A stretch of 64,000 bases of DNA from Candidatus Krumholzibacteriia bacterium. Its GTDB lineage: Bacteria; Krumholzibacteriota; Krumholzibacteriia; Krumholzibacteriales; Krumholzibacteriaceae. The translations under genes were made by a program, and so were the position numbers. Of this stretch, positions 1 to 11,786 are shown one piece after another (positions within the stretch are counted from its first letter, which is position 1; each line of letters opens with the position of its first letter). The stretch covers positions 320,001 to 384,000 of the forward strand of contig CAWIIQ010000003.1 of NCBI GenBank assembly GCA_963836185.1, read 5' to 3'. The notes beneath the pieces are model-generated. The model was not told the origin of the DNA, did no database searches, and saw only the letters and a program-made list of their open reading frames with translations.

Positions 1-545
1 GTTCGTGACCAGTGGAAAGGAGAGTTTCGACTGAAGCATCTCGAACTGGGAGGCGTTGAAATTCGATACGCCGAAGAAAAGCACCTTCCCCGATTCCCGC
101 AGCTCCGTGAATGCTTCGGCGACCTCGCCCGGGTCCATCAGGGGGTCGGGGCGGTGAATCAGGAGAAGGTCGATGTAATCGGTCCTCAGCCTCTCGAGAG
201 AGTTCTCGACAGACTTCAGGATGTGCTCGCGGGAAGTGTCGTAATGTTTGACCGTGACATCCCGGGTTGTTCTCCGAGACGAGCTGGATCCCGCATTTCG
301 TTACGAGCTGGATCTTCGGCCTGATGGAAGGATCCGCGGCAAGCGCTTCTCCGAATATCTTCTCGCAGGTGTAATCGCCGTAGATGTCCGCGTGATCGAA
401 GGTGGTGACGCCCAAGTTCGATCAGCACCCTCGATCCATTCGCAGCAGATCGGATGTCGAAAGGTCCCCAGCCGCTGAGCCTCCAGAGGCCGGCCGCGAT
501 GCGGGAGACCTCGGGCCCGTTTTCATGAAGTCTGACTCTGTTCAT
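1..545 (-). CDS. Aldo/keto reductase (YdhF-like), runs off the left edge, frameshifted
   Basis: N-terminus MNRVRLHENGPEVSRIAAGLWRL; alternate frames give DHADIYGDYTCEKIFGEAL, KIQLVTKCG and LRTDYIDLLLIHRPDPLMDP...GKVLFFGVSNF, all AKR family motifs. Confidence 0.85.
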
Positions 546-737
546 CGTTCGGCTCCCGGGGACAGGGTATAGATAGTATCAGAATCTTATTGTGCCCGAT
601 TCGGGCCGTGTGAATCAAGGGGCATGTATTCTTTGATTCCTGCCGGTAATCGGATAGAATCCAGTGACCGTCAACCACTTGTAAAAAGGAAATGATAATT
701 AAGATAAACAGAACAGCCGGACCGTACATGCTGCTTC

Positions 738-846
738 CAGAAGGTCGAGCTCAACGGCGATACTGCTAGATCGCAGCTACCTGCTCCACAGCGAGCTGGC
801 CGCCGGCGGAGAGCTCCATTTCCACCTCGGGGACCGGCTCCCCTGA
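738..846 (+). pseudogene. Remnant of the C-terminus of a GH92 alpha-1,2-mannosidase-like gene
   Basis: Manual translation with one shift: [37 protein letters not shown](844-846), resembling the GH92 C-terminal pattern ..V.LNG..L.RSY..H..I..GG.L.F.MG..P. No upstream coding sequence. Confidence 0.55.
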
Positions 847-867
847 TATCCCCTGCCTTCGGCCTCC

Positions 868-997
868 TTTCCGGAGGGAGGAACTTGAGCGCGACGGTTC
901 GGTTGAGTTTTATGTCCGCCGCCAGGTAGACGACGCCCATCCCGCCCCTGCCGATCTTCTCGACGATCCTGTAGTGTGATATTGTTTTTCCGATCAT
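868..997 (-). pseudogene. Truncated Hanks-type Ser/Thr protein kinase (only subdomains I-II remain)
   Basis: [43 protein letters not shown] contains the GxGGMGxVY loop and VALK lysine; similarity stops after ~43 codons and no HRD/DFG motif is visible nearby. Confidence 0.85.
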
Positions 998-1289
998 GGT
1001 AGTCCCCGTGCCGCATTGAGAGACCTGTATTCATTATACACGGTGAAAATTCCATATGAATATTATTAAATCGCCATAGACTGGTGACAGCCCCGCCGTT
1101 CGGCCCCCGTATAGTGCCTTTCACCCATGAAATTCGACCGTCCGCTGTTTTGAGGTTGTGGCAACCCCCTAGCACAGTACAATTTACCCTGTCTGATAAC
1201 GGGGCTGATAAACGAATAAGACATCTTTGCATTTTCAAATATGGCGCGGCCCGTCGGAGGGCCGCTGAAGTGTACGGAAGGAATATCGA

Positions 1290-4200
1290 ATGGGAATCAC
1301 GATCGGAATAGACGTCGGAACGGTCAGCACGAAGTGCGCCCTCTTCGGAGCGGCCGAGCGGCTGAAACAGATCGCCGCCTCGGGCGACGCTCTCTGCAGC
1401 GTCTTCGACTATGCGCCCGAGCCTGATAAGGCCGTGGCCGTTTCCGGTTACCGCCGCATACAGGGCAAGCCGCTCGACGCGGTAGTCGAGCAGCTGCGTG
1501 AGTTGACCGGGCTGCTCGAGCCGGGCGAGCTGCAGGAGCGTCGTCATAACCGGATCATCCGGCAAGCTCGTAGGCGAGAGTCTCGGCATTCCCGTCGAGA
1601 ACGAGTTCAAGGCCGCCGCGACCGGGATCGGGCGGATATACCCCGATGTAAAGAACATATTCGAGATGGGCGGCGAGAACTCGAAGTTCATCCGCGTCGC
1701 CTGCGAGGAAGATGTCACCGGGATCATCGACTACGAGACGAACGGCGACTGCGCCGCCGGCACCGGATCGTTCATGGACCAGCAGTCGACCAGGCTGCAG
1801 TTCGGAATAGAAGAGGTCGGCGGACCTCGTCCTCGGCACCGACCGCTCGCCGAAGATCGCGGGCCGCTGCAGCGTCTTCGCCAAGTCGGACATGATCCAC
1901 GCCCAGCAGAAGGGGTACAAGCCCGAAGAGGTTCTCAAGGGGCTCTGCGAGGCGGTGGCGAGGAACTTCAAGAGCAATATCGTAAAGGGCAAGGACGTGC
2001 ACGGCAGGACCGCCTTTATAGGCGGAGTCGCGCTGAACACCGGCGTCGCGAACGCGGTGCGGGATGTCTTCGAGCTCAGCGAGGACGATTTCTTCGTTCC
2101 CGAGGAGGGCGTCTTCGCCGGCGCGATCGGCGCGTCTATCATAGCGGCCGGCAATGGTAACGGCTTCGATGAGGGTGAGTTCCTCCGCGTGCTCGAGAGC
2201 GGCGGCGGATCGTACGGCAAGTCGTTCCCGTCGTGGAAGGTGCTGACCCGCGACAAGGTCAGCTTCCTGCGCGACCGCGTGAAGGAATACTCGTTCGAGG
2301 GCAGGACACTCCCGGTCAATGCCTACCTCGGAGTCGATGTCGGCTCGGTGAGCACCAACCTCGTCCTCGTCGACGACAACGGCGACATGATCAAGGAGAT
2401 CTACCTGCGCACACAGGCCCGTCCTATAGAGGTCGTCAGCAACGGGCTCCACGCGCTTCGCGACGAGCTCGCCGACAAGGTCACTATCAGGGGCGTCGGC
2501 ACGACCGGTTCGGGCAGGGAGCTCGTCGGCGAGCTGATCGGCGCCGACACGATCAATGACGAGATCACCGCGCACAAGACGGGCGCGACATTCATAAGCG
2601 ACACGCTCCTCCACAAGAAGGTCGATACGATATTCGAGATCGGCGGGCAGGATTCAAAATACATCAGGATAGACGACGGTATCGTCACCGACTTCACGAT
2701 GAACGAGGCCTGCGCCGCCGGCACCGGCTCGTTCCTCGAGGAGCAGGCGGAGAAGCTCGACATAAATATCATCGACGAGTTCGCCGAGAAGGCGTTCGCC
2801 TCGAAGAAGCCGCTGCGTCTCGGCGAGCGGTGCACGGTATACATGGAGCAGGACGTCTCGGCCTACATGAAGCGCGGGGCGGAGAAGGACGACATCATCG
2901 CCGGGCTGGCCTACTCGGTCGTCCAGAACTACCTCAACAGGGTCGTGCGAGGCCGGCGCATCGGCAACGTGATCTTCTTCCAGGGCGGAACGGCATACAA
3001 TGACGCCGTCGCCGCGGCCTTCAGCGAGGTAGTCGGGCGCGAGATCATCGTCCCGCCGCACAACGGCGTCATCGGCGCAGTCGGCGCGGCGCTGCTCGCG
3101 AAAGACAAGGTCATTTCTCTCGAGCTGCAGACGACTTTCCGGGGCTACGAGATAGAGAACATCGATTACAGCATCCGCGAGTTCACCTGCAAGGGGTGCA
3201 CGAACTTCTGCGACATCCAGGAATTCACCGTCGAAGGAGAACGCACCTACTGGGGAGACAAGTGCAGCGACAAGTACCGCAAACGGGCCAAGGTGCCGAA
3301 GAAGCCGGTCATCGCCGACCTCATGGCGGTATACGACGAGCTTCTCGAGCGGGACTACCTTCCCGAGGCGGCTGCCGCCGCGGGGCTGGAGATACCCGGC
3401 CCACCGGCGAAGTTCCGGATCGGGATACCCAGGGCGATGTACTTCTTCGACCGCCATCCCTTCTGGAGCACCTATCTGCGCGCTATGGGTATGGAAGTGG
3501 TGATCTCGAAGGCGACGAACAAAAGAATCGTCCACCAGGGCGTCGAAGCGGTCGTCTCCGAGCCGTGCTTCCCGATCCAGGTGGCGCACGGCCACGTCGA
3601 GGCTCTTCTCGAGGAGGAAGGGCTCGACAGCATCCTCGTGCCGAACGTCATCGACGCTGAGACCGATATCCCCGAGATCAACTCGTACGTCTGCCCGTGG
3701 GGGCAGACCCTGCCGTTCGTCATCAGGAGCATGCCCTCGCTGCGCGGCCGAGAGGATTTCATCTCGGCGCCGCTCGTTCACTTCAGAGAGGGCGAGAAGT
3801 ATGTCGAGAAGGAGCTGCGCTCTTTCGCCGCGAAGTTCGGCATCGGCAAGAAGCTCCACAGGAAGGCTGTGAAGGCAGCGTACATAGCCCAGGAGACATT
3901 CCGCGGGGCGGTTCGTGCGGAGGGCGCGAAGGCGCTCAGGACCCTCGACGAGACGGGCGAGCAGGGGATCATCCTGGTCGGGCGCCCTTACAATATCGTT
4001 GACCGCGAGGTTAACCTCAACGTTCCCGGCAAGCTCCGTGATTACTACGGCGCCAACGTGATTCCTATCTTCTTCCTCGATCTCGAGGGGATCGGTATCC
4101 GCGACCTCGGCCCGAACATGTTCTGGAACTACGGCAGGAAGATCCTCCAGGCGGCCCGCTACGCCGCGCAGAGGGAGAACCTGCACCTGATATATGTCAC

Positions 4201-4462
4201 GAATTTCAAGTGCGGCCCCGACTCGTACGTGAAGCATTTCACGGGCAAGGCGGCGGTACGCCCCTATCTTACCCTGCAATTCGACGCGCACGGCAATGAC
4301 GCCGGCATCATGACACGCTGCGAGGCCTATCTCGACAGCAAAGGAGTCCTCAGATGGTGGAAAACAAGGGAAACCCCCTCGAAGGAAGAACCCTCTACGT
4401 ACCAAGAATGTCTTCCGGAGGATCAGAAGCATTCGCTGCGGCCTTCAGGTACCTCGGGATAG
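1290..4462 (+). CDS. CoA-substrate-specific enzyme activase (two BadF/BadG/BcrA/BcrD ASKHA ATPase domains + DUF2229), 2 frameshifts near 1533 and 1825
   Basis: Two copies each of GIDVG(T/S)VST, EMGGENSK/EIGGQDSK, CAAGTGSF and R-C-(S/T)V motifs; then CKGCTNFC, IGIPRA, EPCFP, YVCP, GRPYN and TNFKCGPDS. Joins ORFs 1290-, 1666- and 1892-4462. Confidence 0.9.
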
Positions 4463-5632
4463 ACGCGAAGCCGACGCCGGAGGGTGACGAGAGGACATAC
4501 GAGCTGGCCGGAAAGTGCACCTCGGGCGACGAGTGCCTTCCCGCGCGCGTTACGATCGGGAACCTTCTGCGGATCATCGAGCAGCCGGGATTCGATCCGG
4601 CGAAGGTCGCCTTCTTTATGCCGACCGCCGGCGGACCCTGCCGTTTCGGGCAGTACTCGCCCTTCACGCAGACAGTGATGGAAGAGATGGGCCACGGAGA
4701 GGTCATGATCGTCTCGCCGACGAGCGCGGACGGTTACGCGAGCCTCGGCGAGAACGCCCAGGCCGCGCTCAAGCTCGGCTGGTGGGGACTTGTCGCGAGC
4801 GACGCCTTCCGCAAGATGCTCCACATCTACAGGCCGTACGAGACGGTTCCGGGAGCCGCCGATGAGGCGCACGCGAAATCGCTCAAGCATTTCTGCGACA
4901 ACCTCTCCGACAGTTCCGAGCCTTTGAACAGAAAACTCGACTCCCTTACAGGATCGATGGAGGCTGCCCGCGATTTCTTCCGTGCGGTGCCGGCCGACTG
5001 GAGCCGCGACGTGATGCTCGTCGGAGTCGTCGGCGAGATCTTCTGCCGCCTCAGCACCTTCAGCAACGAGGACCTGATCAGGCGCCTCGAGCCGTTCGGC
5101 GCCCAGGCGTGGCTCTCCGATATCACCGAGTGGGTCCACTACACGGACAGCGACAATGTCAGGAACCTCAAGAGGCTCGGCAAGACCTTCTCGATGAGCA
5201 TGCTCGGCGCGATCATGAAGAACCGCGTGCAGCACGGGTACGAGAGAAAGCTGCTCGCCCCGCTGCAGAGCGAGTTTGTCGGCGTCGAGGAGCCGCACGA
5301 CGTGCAGGAGGTCCTCGACATGGCGGCGCCGTACCTGCCCGTGGAGGGCTCGCACGGCGAGATGGTACTGAGCGTCGGAAAGTCGATCTACATGTACGAG
5401 AAGGGCGCCGACGGCATCATCGATATCAGTCCCGTTCACCTGCATGAACGGTATCGTCTCCGAGGCGGTCTACCCGAGGGTCAGCACCGACCACGAGAAC
5501 ATACCGATCAGGAACTTCTACTTCGACGGTACCCAGACAGATCTCGAGAACGATCTCGGGATTTTCATGGAACTCGTCCGCAATTATAATCGTAAGAAAA
5601 CAAGGAAGCGGATCAGGCGAAACGTAGCCTGA
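4354..5632 (+). CDS. DUF2229/2-hydroxyacyl-CoA dehydratase-related partner of the activase, frameshift near 5430
   Basis: GDECLPA, PTAGGPCRFGQY, VGVVGEIF, GE..LSVG and ISPF-TCMNGIVSEA motifs. Overlaps the activase 3' end; C-terminus is ORF 5444-5632. Confidence 0.8.
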
Positions 5633-5740
5633 CGGAAGGCTAAATGTAGCCTGACGAGCCTTTTTACGTTATCTTTCACATTCCCGGCGGCCGCACCGGC
5701 CTGCCGGGATGTGTGTGCTTATTTTCACATTGGAGGAGAG

Positions 5741-7079
5741 ATGAAGAAAAGGATGCCGGCGGTCGCTTCTGATCGTCCTGTTGTCCGTTCTTTCCGCCGC
5801 GGTCCCGGCGACCGCAGGCGAAAAGATCGATGTTTCTATCAACGCCACAGTCGAGACTCTCGACAACGGCCTCAAGGTGATCCTCGTCGAGGACCACTCG
5901 GTGCCGGTCATAAGCTACCAGACATTCTTCCGCGTCGGCGCCCGCAACGAGCGCGCCGGCATCACGGGCATCTCGCATTTCATGGAACACATGATGTTCA
6001 ACGGCGCCGACAAGTACGGCCCGAAGGAATTCGACGCCGTCCTCGAGGCGAACGGAGGGTATTCTAACGCCTTCACCTCGGATGACATGACCGCGTACTA
6101 CGAGGACATATCGAGCGACGGATTCGAGCTCTGCGTAGATCTCGACTCCGACAGGATCAAGTCGCTGACCCTCGACCCGAAGTTCATCGTCAGCGAGATG
6201 GGTGTCGTCATGGAGGAGCGCATGCTGCGTATCGACAACTCGGTGCGCGGCCAGATGTGGGAGGACCTCGACGCTCTCGCCTTCAAGGCCCATCCATACA
6301 AGTGGCCCGTCATCGGCTGGATGTCAGATCTCGAGGCGATCGACCGCGACGACTGCGTCGAGTACTTCAAGACGTATTATGCGCCGAACAACGCCATTCT
6401 CATCGTCGCGGGCGACTTCGATACGAAGCAGGCGATGAAGCTGATACATCAGTACTACGATGATATACCGGCACAGGACCCGCCCGCTGCGGTGCGCACC
6501 GTGGAACCGGAGCAGCTCGGCGAGCGCCGCGGAGTGGTCAACAAGAAGGCCGAGCTTCCTGCCGTCTTTATCGCCTATCACACTCCCGATATCAAGAGCG
6601 ACGATATCTATACCCTCGATGTTCTCCAGCAGATACTCACCGGGGGGGAGAGCTCGAGGCTCCACCGCAGGCTCGTCCGCGAATTGCAGGCGGCGATGTC
6701 GGTGACAGCATCCTTCCCCTGGAGGATCGATCCCTACCTCTTCGAGTTCAATGTCAAGATGAAGCCGGGGCACGAGACCCTCGAGGCCGAGGAGGCCATT
6801 TACGCCGAGCTGGCCGACATCATCGAGAACGGTGTCCTCGATGAGGAACTCGCCCGCGCGAAGAACGTCCTCGAGGCCGACTTCGTCAGGTCGATGCAGA
6901 CCGTTAACGGCAGGGCGAGCAAGATCGGCCGGTACGAGATACTCTTCGGCGACTACACCGAGATCATGAATGTACCGGGCCGCTACAGGGCAGTGACCGA
7001 TGAGCAGGTCCGAGCGGTCGCGGAGAAATATTTCGCGCAGAGGAACAGGACAGTCATAACACTGGTGCCTGAGGCATAG
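5741..7079 (+). CDS. M16 family zinc peptidase, active subunit (frameshift in signal peptide)
   Basis: Inverted zinc motif HFMEH within GISHFMEHMMFNG, NAFTS and E-x-x-VV-x-EER; GGAG RBS before ATG 5741; signal peptide in the shifted frame. Confidence 0.92.
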
Positions 7080-7091
7080 GAGGGACTTGAG

Positions 7092-8483
7092 ATGAGAAGG
7101 ATAATATATGTACTGATCGCGGCGGCCATGATCGCCGCGGCCGTCCCCGCCTCAGCGGGCACGAAGGACGTCGAGCTCCCCGGTTACGAGGAGCATGTCA
7201 TGAAAAATGGCCTGAAGGTCTTCATAGTCCCGACACTCGAGGTCCCGCTTGTGACGATGCGTCTCCTCATTCCGGCGGGTTCGTGCACGGACGCAGCCGG
7301 AAGCGAGGGGCTGGCAGGGCTGACCGCGAGACTCCTGCTCAAGGGCGCCGATGGAATGGGAGCCGAGGAGATATCGGCGGCGATCGAAGGGGTCGGCGGA
7401 AGGCTCGACGCCTGGGCCGGCCGGGACTACGCGATAGTAACGGGCGATTTCCTCTCCCGTGATTTCGAGCTCGGGCTCGATTATATGGCCCGCGCCCTGA
7501 CTAATCCCGATTTTCCCGAAGCGGAATTCGACCGGGAAAAGTCGACCGTTCTCGCCGAGGCGATGAGCGTGAAGGAGAACCCCTCATCCCTGGCGAACAG
7601 GGAATTCCTCAGGCTTCTTCTTGCCCCTCATCCGTACGGCAATCCGGTCGACGGCTATCCCGCGAGTGTCGGCACGATAACGCGAGACGATGTCGCGGCC
7701 TTCCACAAGAGGTACTACGTGCCTGATGGCGCCGTTCTGGCCATCGTCGGTGACATCGATGCGGGAAAGGCGAAGAAACTCATCGACAAGAAGCTCGGCG
7801 GCTGGAAAGGCAATGCTCCAGCGGGCAGCGTCGCCGCACTCGAGAGGGGGCCGGCGCAGAACCGCAAGGTCATCGTCATCGACAAGCCCGACCTCACGCA
7901 GAGCCAGATCAGGATAGGGAACGTCGCAGTCGGCAGGGACACGCCCGATTTCTTCGAGCTGACCGTGGCTAACAGCATCCTTGGAGGCGGCTTTACCTCG
8001 AGGCTGATGGATGAGATCCGCGTCAATCGCGGGCTCTCGTACGGCGCGAGGAGCATGCTCGGCCAGTACAGGTACGGCGGTTTCTTCGGCGTTATGACCT
8101 ACACGAAGAACGCGACACTGCGCGAGACGATCGACGTCGCACTCGATCAGGTCAGGCTGATGCGTGACGTGAAGGTCGACGAAGAGGAACTCGAAGGTAG
8201 CAGGCGTTACATCTCTGGCCTCTTCCCCTTTGACATCGAGACGAACGCCGATATCGCGCAGTGGATGACGGACCTCGAATTCTATCAGCTGGGCGGGGAT
8301 TTCGTGGAGAAGTACCGCAGCAGGATAGGCGCGGTATCATCCGATGACGTCATGCGTGTAGCGAAGGAGCAATTCGGCTACGACGCGAACCTGATCGTCG
8401 TGATGACAAACTACGACGAGACAAAGGAGCAGCTCGAGGGCCTCGGCGATATCGAAGTCATCTCGATATCGGAGATAGAGTAG
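7092..8483 (+). CDS. M16 family peptidase, non-catalytic partner subunit
   Basis: Signal peptide; GLAGLTARLLLKG replaces HxxEH; HPYG and ILGGGFTSRLMDEIRVNRGLSY (R/Y pair); 12 bp after the active subunit. Confidence 0.9.
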   Translation: MRRIIYVLIAAAMIAAAVPASAGTKDVELPGYEEHVMKNGLKVFIVPTLEVPLVTMRLLIPAGSCTDAAGSEGLAGLTARLLLKGADGMGAEEISAAIEGVGGRLDAWAGRDYAIVTGDFLSRDFELGLDYMARALTNPDFPEAEFDREKSTVLAEAMSVKENPSSLANREFLRLLLAPHPYGNPVDGYPASVGTITRDDVAAFHKRYYVPDGAVLAIVGDIDAGKAKKLIDKKLGGWKGNAPAGSVAALERGPAQNRKVIVIDKPDLTQSQIRIGNVAVGRDTPDFFELTVANSILGGGFTSRLMDEIRVNRGLSYGARSMLGQYRYGGFFGVMTYTKNATLRETIDVALDQVRLMRDVKVDEEELEGSRRYISGLFPFDIETNADIAQWMTDLEFYQLGGDFVEKYRSRIGAVSSDDVMRVAKEQFGYDANLIVVMTNYDETKEQLEGLGDIEVISISEIE

Positions 8484-8498
8484 CAGGCTCGGGGTAGT

Positions 8499-8894
8499 CT
8501 AGCCGATTACCGTCGTCAGCTCGAACTCGGGCGGATCGAGCATCGTCTTCTTGACGGCGCAGAGATCGACCGTGTGCAGGAGCGCCTTCTTGTACTTCTC
8601 GGGGAAGTCCTCCGGAAGGACGATCTCAAGTGTGATCTTCGTGATCCTGTGCGTCTCCGGATCGCGCTCATCGCGTTGGATCACCTTGACGTCATCGAGA
8701 GAGATCCCTCTCTTCTCGCAGAAGAAGACGACGTAGATCCCCGCGCATGAGACGAGGGATGTGAGAAAGAGGGCGAAAGGCGAGGGAGCCTCCCCGTCGC
8801 CGCCGGCCATGACCGGCTGGTCGGTTATTACGTCATACTGGCCCACACGGGCGCTCGTCTTCTTATTGCCTGGAAAGGTTACTGTGATTTCCAC
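8499..8894 (-). CDS. OsmC family protein
   Basis: TDQP..GG.GEAPSPF.LFL.SL.SCAG and DLCAVKK (two conserved Cys). GTG start at 8894 with GGGGG RBS; the longer ORF start lies inside the tRNA. Confidence 0.88.
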   Translation of the reverse strand: MEITVTFPGNKKTSARVGQYDVITDQPVMAGGDGEAPSPFALFLTSLVSCAGIYVVFFCEKRGISLDDVKVIQRDERDPETHRITKITLEIVLPEDFPEKYKKALLHTVDLCAVKKTMLDPPEFELTTVIG

Positions 8895-8936
8895 TGTATT
8901 CCCCCTGTCGTGATGTATCCCTTGAGAAAAGAAAAA

Positions 8937-9020
8937 TGCCTGAGGGGGGAGTCGAACCCCCACAAGGTTGCCCTCACTGCGCCCTGAACGCAGCGCGTCT
9001 ACCAGTTCCGCCACTCAGGC
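8937..9020 (-). tRNA. tRNA-Leu (anticodon CAG), CCA not encoded
   Basis: Reverse complement GCCTGAG TGGCGGAACTGGTAGACGC G CTGCG-TT-CAG-GG-CGCAG ... GGGGG-TTCGACT-CCCCC CTCAGGC A: complete cloverleaf with a long variable arm. Confidence 0.95.
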
Positions 9021-9161
9021 ATTCTCTTTGCAGGTAAGTACAATAATTAACGCCGGATAGTTTGTCAAGAACGCCGTATTGGCGGAGATTCTTGCACTAT
9101 CCGGGGTATAGGCGTACTATATCGTCAGTTTTACTGTCAGCGGTCCTTATAAGAGGAGGAA

Positions 9162-9764
9162 ATGATGTTCAGACTCTTCGCGGCTCTCCTGTGCATGTTG
9201 CTTGTGGCCGGATGCGCGCCGGAGCAGACGACCGAGATCGACCTCGATACAGACACGGCCGAGGATGCCGACTATTCGAGTGCCGACCTGCTTATCATCT
9301 CGGACGAGATGATCGCCTCGATTCAGGCGAACGGGTTTCATAACCAGTACGCCGCCGCTCACAACGGCCAGAAACCGGTCATGATCCTCGCGCGGGCGAT
9401 GGAAAACAATACGGACGAGCACATCGACACCCGGATGATCCTCGACAAGGTCCGCACTGGCCTGATCAAGACAGGCGTGGCGCAGTTCGTCGACGACCAG
9501 GCCTTCGACCAGGCCCTCGACCAGCTCAACATGCAGGCGACCGATCTCTACGACGACTCGAAGGCCGCGCAGCTCGGCCGGTTCGTCGGGGCGCATTACA
9601 TCATGCGTGGATCGATCGGCAACATCCGCAAGGTGGACGGCGGAGAGACGAGGAACTACTTCCTCATCACGATGACGATCGTTGATATCGAGACCCTGCT
9701 TATCACGTGGATCGACGAGATCGAGTACAAGCGCAAGAGCACGAAGGGTACGACGCGCTGGTAG
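9162..9764 (+). CDS. lpoB: Penicillin-binding protein activator LpoB-like lipoprotein
   Basis: Lipobox VAGC; NNTDEHIDT, AAQLGRFVGAHYIMRGSI and YFLITMTIVDIETLLITW match the LpoB/CsgG-like fold. Confidence 0.8.
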   Translation: MMFRLFAALLCMLLVAGCAPEQTTEIDLDTDTAEDADYSSADLLIISDEMIASIQANGFHNQYAAAHNGQKPVMILARAMENNTDEHIDTRMILDKVRTGLIKTGVAQFVDDQAFDQALDQLNMQATDLYDDSKAAQLGRFVGAHYIMRGSIGNIRKVDGGETRNYFLITMTIVDIETLLITWIDEIEYKRKSTKGTTRW

Positions 9765-9790
9765 GCCGCGAGATCTGAAACGATGAACAG

Positions 9791-11070
9791 ATGGGTCCCA
9801 TAACGGTCCTTGCTGTCCTCGTGGCCCTCGTGGTCACGTCGGGCTGCACTACCTATACTGCCCGTATGAACGATACGGGCGCCTTCTACTATGATGGGGA
9901 GTACGACCTCGCGAGGGAAGAACTCGATGAGCTGGTCACCTCATCTTCCAACGAGGATATCTTTCTTTTCCTGCTCGAGAGGGGCAAGGTCCGTCTCGCC
10001 TCGGGGATGTATGACTCGGCTATCGTCGACTTGCAGGCCGCCGAGCACCGGTTCGATGAGATCGAGGGGACAATTTCGATCGGGGAGATGCTTTCGGCAC
10101 CGCTCTCGTCAGCGACGCGAGCCGGGAATACCAGCCGACAGCCCACGAGAAGATCCTGGTGAACACCTACCTTCTGCTTTCATATCTTGGCGCCGGCGAC
10201 CTTGAGGGTGCCTATGTCGAGAGAAATCGCGTGATAAGGCGTCTTTCGGAGTATGTCGGCCATGTCGAGCCCGGAGATGATCCGCCGCTCGATGTGCCGT
10301 TCGCGCGATACGTCACTGCCGTCATGTATGAGAACGAGGGGAAGCTCGACGATGCGAGGATAGAGTACGACCGCGTCGAGGACCTCTATCCGGAGGCTGT
10401 ACCCTGGTCGCCTAACGCGCACATGACCGAGATCGTCGTCCTCACCGAGATGGGAAGGGCGCCGGTGAAGATCTCTCGCGAGATCAGGGGGTATTTCGAG
10501 AAGGTGAACGGGCAGACATTCGGATATTTTACACTGCCGGGAAATGCAGGCCAGCAGGCCTACCCTGTGTCATCGGCTTTCGATAGGCGACGATAGCGGA
10601 TTCGGGACGGTTTTTACATTCGCGTTCCCGGAGTACGTCCGGATACCGCGGGGCGCTGTTTTCGCGTATCCGGTATCGACGGAATGGAAGCGGGGATGGC
10701 TGTTACCCTCGACGATCTGGAGGAGACGGCGATGGAGACATTCAAGAGGAACCTCATGACGATCCTTATCAGGTCCGCCGTGCGGACCTACCTGCAGCTC
10801 CTTCTTCAGAACGAGCTTGATGGCGACATCGGCAGGATAGCTGGCGCTGTGGCGAAGCTTCTTCTCCGTGGTCGAGACGGCCGACACCAGGTCGTGGCAG
10901 ACGCTTCCCTCCGAGATCGCCGTATTCAGGATGGAGGTCGAGCCGGGAAGCCACGAGGTCTCGATGAGATACTACGATGCCGGAGGCATGCGTATCGGTG
11001 AATCCGAGGCGCGCGAAGTATGGGTGCGGAGGGAAAGAAGGAGATCGCCTGGATGCCCGGCCCCCCGTAG
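9791..11070 (+). CDS. COG3014-like TPR lipoprotein (several frameshifts)
   Basis: Lipobox TSGC; LFLLERG, EKILVNTYLLLSYL, GRAPVK, FAFPEY and ETADTRSWQTLP motifs of the family usually found next to lpoB. Pieced from four ORFs; ends EIAWMPGPP-TAG at 11070. Confidence 0.75.
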
Positions 11071-11074
11071 GCCG

Positions 11075-11634
11075 TCAGATCTCCTCCAGGGTCATTCTGG
11101 CCGATTCGGCGTAGAGGCCCCCCAGCGCGGCCGTCCTCTCGAGATACTTTTTCGCCTCTTCTTTATTTCCCTCAGAGAGATGCATCATGCCGAGGTACCA
11201 GGCGTACGTCTCGTTCAGCATGTCAGTCTCGGCGGCGGCTGTGACAAAGAGGATCCCCTTGAGTGGATATCCCGCGGTAGAACTCGGAAAGGCCGAGTAT
11301 CAGCTCGAGGTTCCGGGGCACGCTGTCGAAGCTGCCCTCGCTGATCCCGGAGTGTATGAAGAAACCGCGCCCTGGATAGCAGGCGCGCCGTTTCATCGTA
11401 GTCCTTCTTTTCGAACGCCTCGGTCGCGCCGGATATGAGCGTATCGATCTCCGCGAAGCCGATATAAGGGATCCCTGCCGCAGGGGGCGGGATTATCTCG
11501 ATGCTGCTGCCCCTGTCATCTCCGCCTCCCGAGATCAGGAGGAACGCGATGAATGCCAGGGCCGCCAGGGGGACGGCCCACGAAAGCGCCCGGAATGCCG
11601 GATGGTACTGCCTCTTCCCGTTGTCGTCCGTCAT
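11075..11634 (-). CDS. Membrane-anchored TPR-like hypothetical protein (frameshift near 11360)
   Basis: N-terminal TM helix; shifted frame continues LELILGLSEFYRG...YAWYLGMMHLSEGNKEEAKKYLER, which is TPR-like, to a stop at 11075. Confidence 0.6.
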
Positions 11635-11786
11635 CTTATACCTTGCCAGCGGTTAACCTCTCTGGTACTTTTTCCCTGACCAAGTCTGGCCGAAAAAAGG
11701 CGGTCAGTCAACGCCGTTGTGCGCCGTTTCCGTTTTTTTTCGCCCGAATGAGCGAACGGCGGACCCGGCTGCGGTGTATCAGCGAT

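Noticed and set aside
2654-4432. Long antisense ORFs (also 35322-36755, 40424-41668, 15100-16269 and others)
   Set aside because: They shadow well-supported genes on the opposite strand, lack motifs and RBSs, and are expected from biased codon usage in GC-rich DNA.
5621-5665. Short tandem duplication AA(C/T)GTAGCCTGACG around the stop codon of the DUF2229 partner
   Set aside because: Two copies only; explained as a local duplication forming part of a terminator-like hairpin (AAGGCT...AGCCTTTTT).
8895-9014. N-terminal extension of the OsmC ORF
   Set aside because: It is the tRNA-Leu sequence read in frame; a GTG with an RBS at 8894 gives a normal-length OsmC.
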